Assembly (NCBI GenBank): GCA_026770705.1
Contig: JANJGN010000055.1
Location: 496,001-560,000, forward strand
Direction of reading: 5' to 3'
Source of the DNA: Isurus oxyrinchus
Taxonomy: Eukaryota
Length of the DNA: 64,000 nucleotides
This document shows positions 24,761-37,737 of this stretch, piece after piece. Position 1 is the stretch's first letter. Each line of letters starts with the position of its first letter. The notes below the pieces were generated by a model. The model made no database searches. It was not told where the DNA came from and saw only the letters and a list, made by a program, of their open reading frames with translations. The translations under genes and the position numbers were made by a program.

Positions 24761-27700
24761 TCAACTACATTTATAGTGGACAGACTGTTTCCCAGTCAAG
24801 AGTAGACAGACTGTTTTTACCCACTTGAAGTCAAATAATTATATCCAGCTAAAAATGGCCTAGAAACATTTGCATTCCAATCGAGGTCACAAAATATGGT
24901 ACAGTCACCCAAATTCTTGTCATTAAGTGTTCCCAGATGTTTTTGCTTCCCGCCACTAATTTTCAGTCCTTTCTGTCATTGACAATTCTCACTCCATTAG
25001 CTGCTTCTTACCACACTTCTCCGCTTTTATTGTCATCTGTTACAGCCATATCAGCACCTCTCAAATGGATTTCAGTGATCCTATTGCTGCTGAGAGTTTG
25101 GCGCTCCCAGCAGAGCGAGCCGCAGCGAGCCGAAAGTTATGTCTGGTTTTCTGGATCGCGCAGCTGCTGACCAGGATTGAGCTGCTGTCTGCCATGAGTG
25201 AGCAGGATAGAGAGGAAGGTTAGACGGGCCTGGTCAAATGGAAGGGAAGAGGGAAGTTCTTCGGGAAAACCTTGAAAGTAAGTGGTAGGATTTTTATTTT
25301 CTTCTGTTATAGCACATAGAAGCTGAACTTGAGCCCATTTGACAGGATGAAACTAAACAAATAAATAGGCTTGGGATCATGCCAAACAAGTTAGAATGTA
25401 AAACTGAGCAGAAAAATGTTTAAAATTCAGCCTGCACAATTGTTTCTTCAATAATTCCGTTTAGGCGAGTATCTACAGGACAAAGTTGATCATTTCGTAA
25501 TGAACTCAGGTACATGATTTATGTTCTTGTCTGCACAGCGCAGCCCAAGGCAGTGACCATTGCACTGTTAAAGATTCAGATACTAATATCTGCGATAAGA
25601 ATGATATAAAGAAACCTTTAGTCAATCATATTCATTGTGAGGTGACTGATTTCTGGGACATTGCAATATTAAATTTGCAGAGTTAAGGAAGGAGCTGTTG
25701 ACCTGCAGCTGGACGCTGCTGCTGACTGTGCTACAGGAGCGAGCGCACTGTAGGTGAGGAATTTGATGACCAAGGGCATTGTGCACCCTCCTGCCACTGG
25801 ACTCCATGACACTGGGAGTGGCCCTCCACAGGGAAAGGGAAAACAGTGTCATTCACCCGGGCCTGGGTTGGAGACTAGCCGAATGCTGTGTGCAGGAATA
25901 ATGGCCAAGTTGGAGGACGAGGAGCAGGAGGAACCACCCACAGCTAGAACCGTGTCAAACCCCACCGGTGGAACCGAGCAATGATCAGCATTGATGATAA
26001 CCGCACTGCACACAGTGCCAGCGGAAAGGAGCTGAGTGAGCCAGCCAGAGGGAAGGAGGAAAGGCAGCATCAGGCTGAGGCTCAACGTTACCCTCAGTCA
26101 GAATGAAAACAGCAACATCAGGCCAATGAGACACAGAGCCGCTCACCAGCTGCATTCACAGCCAAAAAAGGCTGAGCATCACTTGGTAACAACCGAACAT
26201 ACATGGGTGCTAAATGGACAAGGAATGCCCAGCATCACAGCTCCAAGACCACATTACCCACCTCCATACATAACAGGGGTCAGACTCCGAGGTGTGGCAG
26301 ATGGACAATCGCACATGGCCCTACGAGAGACTTGGGGTGAAATGGAAACCTGGAGGCAGGAGAATGGTAACCTGCGTACAAAGAATGAGAGGCGGCGGGC
26401 TCAATTGAGCAGTTGGGTAAGGACACTGCACTACAGTGTGTGATTGCTGCACATTATGATGTATTGTTTCAGGGACCTGAAAGCAGTGAACTGTGAACTT
26501 GGAACTGACCACCCATAACCCTGGTAGAGATTTGCAATTGGATGTCATGCAATGACTGTGTATCATTCCTGTCCCCTCGTTAACCATCCTCGCCCCATAA
26601 CTGCTGAATCTATAGCCATTCGATTTTTCTGGGTAGAAATAGAGAGCAATATGTGACTTTAATATTTCCATTGAAGATGTGAATCCTGGAAATCTGCAGT
26701 TCATGTGGCACAATGTTGATCTCTTGAAGGGTAATGGTGGCTTCGGCAGCAAGCCTGAAGGTGAAAAGGGGCTGAATACTTGTGGAACTGTCTCTCCCTT
26801 TTTGAACTTAGGTCACACTGTGAGGTCACATCATGCCCTCAATCTTCATTTTCCCGTGAACTTGCTCACACGCAGTGGATCAGAGAGACCAGGGTTTATG
26901 CCAATTGGATGGCATCTCTCTCTTGTAATGCAACTGAATTAGTAATGTGATAGATCAAAAGTAAATTGTTATCTAAACAATTCGAGCCAGACTGAAGTCC
27001 CTACAGACAGTTTCTGCGACAAACATTGGACTGGTGATCACCGACAGCCCCCCATACAAATGTGTTTTGTACCCTCCTGACACAGATAGCGAGCTCAAAA
27101 TTAATTGCATTTGGAATACTGGAGCAACGTTCATCCACATAACTATAATGCACAGTTATTTGTCGTATTTATATTGTGTACAGTGTTCTCATAAATCCGA
27201 CTCACTCAAATGAGAATAATCGTAAAAACAATCAATTATATATAAAACCGCAAAGTGCAATTGTGAAAATGTGTGAGATAGAAGGGCAGGTAACTATCGA
27301 AATTTTGGTGAGAGGGAGCGACAGTCACCCATTGTTTCCAGAAGAGTGGATGATTGAAAATGTTACATCCAGATTCAAAAAAAATGGAATAAATGTTAAA
27401 CTGCCTATTGCCGGCCAGCCTGTTCCACGCATAAGGCGGGGAAGCTTAGGCAAACAATAATCCTGAAATAAATAAATTGAAATAGAGAAATAAATCGGAA
27501 GCCTGGCGATCGCCGACACTGGCTGCTCTCCTCTAAGTTTAGTGTGAGTATTAAATGCGCAGATTTCACTATTAGCACATTTTCTCATTGAGAAATGGAG
27601 CCTCTAGTCTCACGAGGAATTGTCCAGACCAGGGCGCAACTCAATTTTTATTATTCAACAATTATGCCATTTTTTGGGTTATTAAGCAATATAAAGCCAT

Positions 27701-28529
27701 ATTCTAATTGAAACACAGTGAGTTCACTGAGAAAAGGTATCCATTCATCTTCACCTCTGAAGTAACTGAAAGAAGGCGGCACCCCTACAGTACCACATTG
27801 AACCCACCTCTTCACTTTCATTTGTGAATGTGAGAAGCTAACACTAGGTTTCTTTACTTTGGTTACTTTGGGAAAAGGCTATGGGCCAAGTGCTGGTAAA
27901 TGGGGTTAGATAGGTAGGTCAGGCACTTCTCACATGCCGGTGCAGACTTAATGGGCCAAAGGGCCTCTTTTGCACTGTAATTCCGTGATTCTGTGATTCT
28001 GTGAAAATCTGATAGATGGTGAATGCCATTCATATTCCTCTCTGTTCCTCCTCGCCAATCTTTCGTTTTATTTTATTGTAACTCTATTTGCCCCTTGAAC
28101 TCCCTCCTAAACCTCCTGAATTTTTGTCACTAAACCGCAGCTTAGCCCCTACATTTAACCGACTGACTGTCCCATAACTGAAGTCTTTCCTCATGATGGC
28201 AGGAGGGATTCAACACATATTTTTTATAATGTTGAATGGGTAAGATCAGTTCATAAACTACTGCCACTGACCCAGCGTCACAGTCCAAGAATTAAAGCCA
28301 GAGATTTCCCTGCGGGAATGGGAAAATAATTCTACACACAAAGGGAGCTAGAATTTCTCTACTCGGCAATAAATGTTTCACCCATGGATTTTTTTGAAAT
28401 CTGAGATTCAAAGAGTATTCTTAAAAGAGATTATTACGAAATATGAGGGAAAGGCGAAAATATGGAGGTAGTCACCAAACAAACAGAAAAAAACCAGAAC
28501 ATGCTCCACCGAATAAAGTGTCTCAACAA

Positions 28530-28980
28530 GAGTAAAGGTCAAGGAACAGTGCCTGACCTTCCAACTGGGTAGGAGACAGCTTTCTGGACTCAACACAATT
28601 TTAGATCAGAACATCTGCCTCAATATTGTTTGGTCACGTTTCTTTCTTTACTCCCTCATGTTACATTCAGACCGTGCCTTAGCAGCCTTTCACAAACTCA
28701 GATGGACACCTCTTTTTTTATTTCTTTCCTACAGCCACTACAATTTGTTTGTAACCATGGAAACTCTCCTCCTGCTCTCTACCCTCATTGACATTCTCTT
28801 TTGCACATCCAACCTCCTCCCGCACTCCACTGGTTTAAACCCTTGTTACATTTACATCTTTCCCCCATTTTGATAAAAAAAATCATCGACCTGAACAGTT
28901 CGCCATTTGTCTCCACAGCTGCTTTATGAACTGTTGAATATTTCCACAATGTTTTGTTAACTTCGGTTTTCCAGTGTCTG
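28530..28980 (+). mobile_element. Penelope-like 3' fragment; short terminal pieces also near 12740-12870, 14500-14640, 33640-33740, 40495-40570 and 48500-48890
   Basis: EQCLTFQLGRRQLSGLN-like coding end and the recurrent CTCCACAG..GCT...CTG.TGA.TATTTCCA terminal motif. Confidence 0.6.
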
Positions 28981-29558
28981 TACTACTTTCCTTTACAATC
29001 TGAAAGCATTTTGGAAACAATTTTGAACGTCATTCATATTCCTCTCAATTTCTTCTCCGCCAATCTTTCAGCTTTCTTGCTCCGCAACTCTGCTGCTACA
29101 GCTTCGTCTGAACGTCCCTCAATTCCGGACACCAAAATACAGCTCAGTCCCTTTGTTGAAGACAGTGGCTACCCCTGTAACGAATTCTCCCCCTTGATTT
29201 TTGCACTGATTTGATCCACAATTCTGGAATGCTAAGGGAAACAAAAAATCAATCCAAGACCTATTTCAGTTTCCTGGGAATCTCCGATTAAGGTCCACGG
29301 TGAAAATATTCAAGCCAAGAGTTCCAGCATTGAAATTAGGAAACAATTCTATGGACAGAGGGTCGCAGAACGTCAGAACTCTCTTCAGTGCAAGGAAATT
29401 AATCCTTGATCGATTGTTGTATTTTAACTCTAAGAATGCAAGAGCTTTGTTAGAAGATATTAAGGGCTATGGGGCCAAGGCGAGCATATGGCGATAGTCA
29501 CCAATCAGACACAACATCATTGAACATGTTCTAGGGACTAAATGACCTTAAGAGCAAC

Positions 29559-29800
29559 AAAATTCGAGGAACAACAGATCAACTTCGAACTGGGTAATCT
29601 GCAGCCTTCTGGTCTCAACGTTGAGTTCAACAAATTTTGATCCTAATATCTGCCTCAATGTTGTTTCGAGAGTGTATTTTTTTTTCTTCTTGTTGGTTTG
29701 GTTTGTGACGTTTCTTTCTTTATTCTCCATGTTACATTCGGGCCTTTGCTGTGCCTCCAATCACACCTCAACTGGACACACCTTCACTTTCCTTATTATA
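29559..29800 (+). mobile_element. Penelope-like element 3' fragment (end of GIY-YIG ORF)
   Basis: KFEEQQINFELGNLQPSGLNVEFNKF* followed by a pyrimidine-rich UTR. Confidence 0.72.
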
Positions 29801-29809
29801 CTCCCACAA

Positions 29810-30370
29810 TCACAAAGGTTTGGAAATATTACAACACAGGAGAAGGTCATTCGATCAATCGTGTCTGAATGAGCAATTCACTTAGTGCCGTTCCCCGCCT
29901 TCTCCCAGTATTGGCGGTCTTCATTTCGAGATAGCAGTCTCACTCCGCTCTTTATGATTCCCTTGAACCTACCTTCACCACACTGTCAGGTGGTGCATTC
30001 GAGAACTTAACCACTTTCCACGAGAAAGAAATGTCTTTTTTTTTCGTCGTGTCTCTTTTGTTTTTTTTTAAACAACTGTGCTAGCTCGAACTTGATCATT
30101 TCACGGATGGGAACATTTACTTTCCCTCCAACCTCTCCAGACCTTTCGTGATGCTCAATCCCTCTAGCAAATCTTCTCTCAACCTTCCTTTCTCCCAGGG
30201 AATCAGTCCTAACTTCTCCAATCTATCCTCACAACTGAAGCTCCTCATCCTAGGAAACATTCTCGTGAACATTTTCTGCCCTCCTTCCAACATCCTTCAC
30301 ATTTTCGCATCTTCCGAAAGAGAAGCGAACAGAACCGGGTGGGATACACCAGCTGAGGCTGAACCAGAGC
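29810..30370 (-). mobile_element. CR1 3' fragment (paralog about 52200-52615)
   Basis: Reverse complement of the LGLxSLEKxRLRGDL region and CR1 3' UTR. Confidence 0.75.
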
Positions 30371-31849
30371 CTTCTACAAATCTTGTTTATCTTATTCCCA
30401 TTACAACACTCTTTGGTTTTAGTGTCTTGAACACCTTTGACTCCTGCCCGCTCAGACTTTTGAAGTGACCCCATAAGCATCGGATCAGACATAAACTGTG
30501 CAGGCCTTCCACATCTAGTTGTGAATAGTGGTAGACAATTAAACACTGACTGGAGAAGGAAGCTCCACAAATAAATATTGGCCTTCCCAGTGGTTGTCAC
30601 ATCCACGAAGCAATAATAAAAAGCTGTCAATGTATTCCGGGAATCGCAGCAATCCTACTGTGAGGTCCAATTCCAGTCGCTGTTGAAAGGGTTCCACAGT
30701 GGCCCAATCCGCTTCTCCGACACGTTGACAGATATCACAAAGTCACCCTCTGTTTCACTGAGATTCATGTCAAGGACAGTTTCCAGTAGGCATGAAACAG
30801 GGGAACAAAAAATACTGAAATAAATTGTAGTTGATGGAGATGCCTTAAAAGCATTGTTTTTTTGCCAGAATTACTTCTCAAATCCCTTGAGACATCCCTT
30901 AATCCATTATATCCCTCTTTGTGAAGGTGTGTGCGCCAGATCAAGGTCAAAGAGCATAAGAAAATGGGATCTCCCGTATAACTTCTGCTCTGAGCCAGAA
31001 GTGGTTATCATTCACTTAACCAGACAAACCCATTCGTTCATTAGAATGATCTGAAGAGGAAGAGATGCTTCAGCACAACTGTGTGCACTCAGTTTAAAGG
31101 GAATTCCGATACTATTGTTCTTCTTTATATTCACACAATATTCTAAATGCTTTCCCCTGATTAAAAATGCTCAGCTCATTGCCTGGTTAATTTGAAAAAA
31201 GTAAAAACGCCATTGAAATTAGAATTCAGGATCACCTGCATTACTGATACAAGATATCATGCACCAAACCACAGCACAAAGTTATGAACAACACCAGGCT
31301 GCAATATTTTGAACCATATTCTACTATTTTGCTACAAACACATTGGAAATTCTTCATCTGCTAAGCGGCTGGGTGGCAGCGAGCATTGAGAATTTGCAGG
31401 AAGGTAAATTAAGGCGGATATTCTCCCAGGAAGTTGTGGAATGTTTGAGAAGCTGGAAGACAGATTATACTCTTGCACCTATTTCTCATGTTCTTGCAGA
31501 CACCACACAGAGGAAACACTGGTGTTATATCTAACTTGGATTGGAAGCAATGCTGATTCACCATTGTGATTCCGGAGTTCAGTAAATTACATTTGAAGTT
31601 CAAGTTTCCTAATCCCAGATTCTTATAAGCATAGAATGGATTATTTGGTCCATCGTGTCTGTGCTCGTTCTCTGAAGGAGAATTTATTCTACTATCATTT
31701 CCCCACCTTCCGTGATCCCTGCACAATTTTTCTTTTTCTTTTTCTTTTCAGGGATTCAATGTTTCCGACTGCCTTGATTTATGGAGATATTTTTTTCCCT
31801 TCTTCATTATGACTGTCTTCAGTACTTTCCCCTTTACAGGTGTGATGAG

Positions 31850-32960
31850 CTTGGCTAACGTCGACATCAAGGAAGTTTTTGTCCGAGTGCAACGTCATGG
31901 ATCCCGAGCACCACTGGAGTTAATGGGAAGCAGAGAGAAAACATTCCGATGCTTGGGGTCATACTATCACAAATGTAAGTTGTTGTTGGAGGTCAATCAT
32001 CTGAGTTACAGGACATCACTGCAGGAGTTCCTCGGGATAGAGACCTCGGCCTAAGCATCTTCAGATGCTTCATCAATGACGTTCAATTCATCTTAAGGTC
32101 AGAAGTGCTGATGTTTACTGATGATGGCACAATGTTCAGCACCATTCGCAAATCCTCACACACTGAAGCAGTCCACGTGCAAATGTATCAAGACGTGGAC
32201 AATTTCCAGGCTTCCGTTGACAAGTGGCAAGTAACATTCGTGCCACACAAACGCCAGGCAATGACCACCTCAAACACGGGAGAATCTAACCATTACTCCT
32301 TGAGTCTAATGGCATTATCATTACTGAATCTCTCATTATCAAAATCCTGGGATACCATTGACCAGAAACTGAACTGGAGTAGCCATACAAATGCAATGGC
32401 TGCAAGACAGGTTAGAGGCGAGGAACCCTGCAGCGAGTAACTCACCTCATGACTCACAAAGACTGTCTACCATCTACAAGACACAAGTCAAGAGCGTGTT
32501 TGAATACTCTCAATTGGCCTGGATGAGTGCAGCAACACACCTCCAGAAGCTTGACATCATCCAGGAGAAGATAACCCGCTTGACTGGCACCCTATCCACC
32601 CAACATCCCTCCACCACGAGAGTATAGTAACAGAAGTGTTCTTCACCCAGACGATGCACTGTAGGAACTCACCAAGACTCCTTGGACAACAAATTCCAAA
32701 CCCACGAACACTACCATCTAGAAGGACAAGGGCAGCAGATGCACGGGGACACCGCTACTTGAGAGTTCTCCTCCAATCCTCACACCATTCTGACATGGAA
32801 ACATATCGCTGTTCCTTCACTAACTCTGGATCAATACCCTAGAAACCCCCCTCCCCCACCACCCCCCTCACCCCACCGCTAATGGAACTGTGGGTGTACA
32901 TACACCACGTGGAATGGACAAGGCAATTCGGCAGCATTTTCTCAAGGGAAACTAGAGATG
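31850..32960 (+). mobile_element. Second copy of the 9850-11020 LINE family
   Basis: MFTDDGTMFSTI, KWQVTFVPHKRQAMT and IYKTQVKSVFEYSQLAWMSAA. Confidence 0.85.
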
Positions 32961-33221
32961 GGATTTTATTCTCTACAAATTGACAACCGTCCTTAATGCC
33001 GATCTGGTCTAAAATTCTGCATTTCCTCCCTAAACTACTCTACTTCTACAGCTCCTTCTGATCTTTAAGATGTTACTTAACAGCTTCCCCTTTGACCAAG
33101 CTTTTGTCATCTGATCTAATATCTCCTTCTGTGGCTCAGCATCATTTTTGCTTTATTTGTCATTATAACCCTGTTGTTAAGACTTTTGTGACTTATGGCT
33201 ATGTGTCAATATCAGTATTTA

Positions 33222-33294
33222 TCGATGGTGATACAGTGGTGAGCGTAGCTGCTTTCCAAGTATTTGACCCCCAGTTCGATTACCAGCAGCCGCA
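33222..33294 (+). pseudogene. tRNA-Gly (TCC) pseudogene
   Basis: GGTGATACAGTGGTGAGCGTAGCTGCTTTCCAAGTATTTGACCCCCAGTTCGATTACC...CGCA is colinear with Gly-TCC. Stems are broken and a T-run follows at 33303-33312. Confidence 0.82.
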
Positions 33295-33940
33295 ATTTCT
33301 TGTTTTTTTTTTAACCTCTCAAATCGGAAACCCCAAACATGAAGCTGAATTTGATTCGTTTCAATGAAATTTTGCTTCGAACACATGGGCGGGTTTAATA
33401 GAAATATAATTACTTCCCACCTCCACTTATCTTCCATTTAAAATGTAGCTCAGATATATTCCTTCTTGATGATAATAAAGGCTTTTCCTGAGCTGTAGTG
33501 TGGAGCCGGGATAGAATTACTCGGATTTGTAAGATTCAGCGATTCTCTGAATATTTTCCATCTGCTGCTTCCAATATCTTATTTGAATACCGATTCCTGC
33601 ACAGGGATTGTTTTATTGTTCATAAAGTGACAGACTGCTCACGCTGGGAATCTGAAATAATAACAGAAGGTGCTGGAAAAACTCAGCAGGTCCTGCAGAA
33701 TCTCCGGAGACAGGATATGGGGTTTCACATTTCACCTTGATAGAAGTTTTAACAATTAGACCCGCTATCGAAGCATCGATACTGCCAGAGCTACGCAGTT
33801 TTTCCAGTATTTTCCATTAGAATCATAGAATGGCAACAAATCTGAAAGAGGCTATTTGGGCCATCTAATCTGTGCAGGCCCTCTAAAGGAACAATTCACC
33901 CACTGCCACTCCCCGTAACCCTGCAATGTTTTTCTATGCA

Positions 33941-34303
33941 TGTGAGTGCGGATGGATTCTATAAATAACAGTCACTGGTACTGTCTGTGATTGTGGAACT
34001 GATTCTGGGACTATCAGTCTCTGATACTGTCTGTATTTGTTGTATTGATTCGATCAATTTCAGTCCCTGGCACTATCTGCCAGTGTGGAATTGATTCTGT
34101 AAATATCAGTCTCTGATACTGTCTGTCATTGAGGGATTGATTCTATCAATTGCAATCCCTGGCACTATCTGCAAATGTGTGATTGATTCGATGAATATCA
34201 GTCTTTGCTTCCATCGGTGGGTCTGAGATTGATTCGGTAAATATCAATTTCTGCTACTAGCTGTGAGTGTGTGATTGATTCTGTATCTTTCAGTCTCCGA
34301 CTC
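33941..34303. repeat. About 46-bp minisatellite, about 8 units (paralog of 21820-22045)
   Basis: Same unit and same flanks as the 21.8 kb array. Confidence 0.85.
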
Positions 34304-37055
34304 AAACAAGCAGCGTTCGGTATGGGACTAAATACCTCATGCGTGGTTTTCCGCTGCAAATCAGCAACTGAAATCAACATTTTCTACAATTCACTTTGAT
34401 CAGCATCTGAACAAAAGAACTGGAGATGGGGAAAGTTCAGAGAAGAATGAAAAAATCGGACTTGTCCTTTTAGGAAGCTCAATTTGTGACCATTCCCCAC
34501 AGGGCATTTGCTTTTTACGAGCCCATTTTCACAAAGCAATCCTGCAGAAACATGGGAGGATTGAGGAGGCTAGCGAATTTGCTGGGACAGGGCAATAATT
34601 AATACTTACTCACCTCTGAAGTGGGAGTTAAACGGAAAGATTTAGTTGATTTTATGATTTCAGTAGGAAAGTAGAGAACATGTCAGCAAATGAGTGAGAC
34701 AGCGCGATCTCTGCAGCAATAAAATCGGTTTAAGTCGAAACTGAGGCTTTTTCAGCGAATGGGAACTATTCAAAAGCAACCATTCTGGTCTCAGAGACAG
34801 GAAGGATCTCGCCTGGGACTCTGGACTGTCCGATTTTCAATGAGAGTTTAGCAGCACACGGAAACCAAAAGTTTCATGCACTAGGACACCCAGACTCCTT
34901 TGCATCTCAGAGCTTTGCTACCTCTCACCGGTTGGATTATGTGCCTCTTTTTTGTCCGTGCTGACAAAATGGACAACCTGACGTTTTACTACTTTCTACT
35001 CCATTTGCCAGATCTTTGTCCAATCACGTAACATATCAAGATCCTTACGCCCTCTTCACAACTTAGTTTACGACCTACAATTGTGTCGTACTTGCTTAAC
35101 AGCCTTGCCACATGTTCAAGTCTCATTTGTCATTTTTAGAATGTTGTGAATGGGGAGCGATTCCCGCCATTAATTTTTGAAAGCGATAGCAGAACGAACC
35201 ACAATTTATACAGGATTTTAAAACATGAATATTTCACCTGGTGTAATTCACCTGCCTTCTCCCCGCAACCCCGCGCATTGTTAGTTCTCCAACAATCGTC
35301 TAATCCCCTCTTGCTCTGGGACAGGAAGTGGGAATGCAACCTGTACCTGGGATGGTCAGTATTAGAGGATTGGCCTCTGCCCCTACAGACCGCACAAAGG
35401 TGGGCACATTAAAATCCCTATGTGTGGTCCAGAGGCCTCACCCACAGTACCTGCTGCTCCCAGGGGCATTTCCACATCCTGTACTGTTCGATGCCCCTTT
35501 TCTGCTTGTTATCGGTAATTGAAAAAGTTCCAGGTGAATCAGGAGTGAGCGGGACCGAGAATACGAACGGTTGGAGCCTTTGGCCCGAGCTGGGAGAGGC
35601 CACAACGTTTTAAGTCGGGCAGAGGTGAAGGGCGATTCCAGAACCATGTGGCTCCCGAGAGAGCGAAGATTGGTGAATGCAAACAATTATTCTGATATTG
35701 GGGCATGGTATGGGTGAGGGGATGGGGGTAACTGGGGAGTCAGGCAAGCATGGAGACGGAGAACGGGGAGCCAGGATGGCATGGTGATAGAGGGTGGGCG
35801 GAGGGAAGCGAGACCGGCCTGGAGTTGTTTTTAGTGGGGGAGGCGGGTGAGAGGGGGGAAGAACCGGCTTGAAACTTCTACCCTGATTTTTTTGGGATAT
35901 TCCTTGAAATAAGTGGCCCATTAACAGAATCTTTCCGCGTGTAAGAGCTGTTACAGTGAGAGAATTCTTTGCTTCATCCTCTGAATGTGATCTTTAGGGA
36001 GACGGGGCACATGGCTGCTGCAGTTTGAAACCTCCTCCACATGATGAGGCCGCTAGTAATGCAGCACTCAGCCCTGTGCTGAGTCAGACTGCATGGTGCA
36101 TCCTGGGCTACAAATTGGACTCCCTGCTTTCGGGGTAGAGAGAAAAGAAAATATGACCACAGGCCAGCCATCACCTCAAGGGGATCTGCACAGCCTCCAG
36201 CACATTTGGGAGATGATCCCTGTGACATGTTCATCTCAACCGCGGAAGTCTCTTCATTTGCCGCTCGTGCTTTATTCAAGAATTGTTTCAGTTTCCATTC
36301 TTTCTCAGTGCCACCCCCGCACATAGGGAGATGTTTTCTTCAACTTAGTTTACAGTGGACAAAATGTCCATTTGAGGTTTAATAATTATACCCACTTGAA
36401 AATGGTCTAGAAACATCTGCAGTACAATAGAGGTCAAACAAAACTCTACATTGGTGTAGTCATCAATCCTTGTCATAACATGTTCCCAGATCTTTTTGCT
36501 TCCCGCCCCTAATTTTCAGTCTTTTCTGACCAATGCTGCCATTCTGACCATTGTCCATTCTCAGTCCCTCAGCAGGTTCATATCAGGCGTTGTCCACTGT
36601 GATTACCGTGCCTTTTGGCCATCTGGACATCAGTGACCTTATTGCTACCAATGACTCAGCGTCCCCAGCAGAGCAAGCCACAGTGACCCAAAAGTTATGT
36701 CTGGTTTTCTAGAGCGCAGGGCTGCTGACCAGGATTGAGCCGCTGTCTGCCATGAGCGACAAGAAGGATCGAGAGGAAGGGGGGACGCTCTGTGTCAAAT
36801 GGAAGGGGCGAGGAAAGGTCTTGGGAAAAATTTTGAGAATAAGTGGAAGCATTTGTTCTTTATTTTCTCCTCCTGTAACATAGGGTAGGCCGCAGTGACA
36901 GGGAAAAGCGAGGTTAGTAAATAGGCCTGGTGTCATGGCGAACAATGTAGAGTGTAAAACTAGCCAGAAAACTGCTTTAAAAAAAATCACTCTGCACAAT
37001 AATTTCTTCAATGCTCCCGTTTAGTTGGGAGTGTATAGGTCAAACACGACTATTT

Positions 37056-37737
37056 CATTTTTTTAAAAAGATACTAAAGTTTATTTTCCAACCTGAGCAA
37101 GAGTTCGAAGGAATGTTTACAAAATGCTTCGCTATTTCCACTTTAGGACACGATCAATACTCAAAACTAACAAAAATACAAAATAAAGGCCCAGCGTCCA
37201 CAAGAAGCCAAACCTACAGTCCAATAATGTTTTTAAAAAATGTTTGAATATCACTTCAAAATAGTCTGGAGGTGATGTAATAAAGCAAAGAGTTTAAGCA
37301 CGCTCCCCCGGATCCGTTGTACCAGCTGGGTGCCTTTGGGCATAACGGTCACTCTTTTGAAATGGATGGCACACCGGTTGTTGTCCTCAAACAGGCCAGC
37401 CAAGTAGGCCTCACTGGCTTCCTGCAATGCTCCAGTTGCCACACTCTGAAACCTCAGGTCAGTTTCGAAGCCCTGGGCAATTTCCCTCACCAGGCACTGG
37501 AAGGACACTTTGCAGATAAACAACTCTATATGGAATTCTGGCATCGGCAGATTTCTCAGAGTGCGACTGTACCCAGCCTGTAGCGATGAGATCTCTTCAC
37601 TTCGCCAGTGGAGGGGGCATATTTCTGGGCTGTCTTGGAGGCCAGCTGCTTCCTGGGCGCGTTGCCGCTGGTGGACATCCAGGCTATCTGTTTGGTATGA
37701 GCCATCCCTGCTCAGAGGATCAACTTGACCGCCTGCA
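37056..37737 (-). pseudogene. Processed histone H3.3 pseudogene (CDS remnant 37705-37294 plus 3' UTR)
   Basis: The ATG at 37705 reads [49 protein letters not shown] (TGA at 37558-37556). After a frameshift near 37528 it continues [31 protein letters not shown]...KRVTVMPK. S31 and G90 are H3.3-type. It is intronless, with AATAAA at 37085-37080 and an A-rich tail near 37064-37053. Confidence 0.9.
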
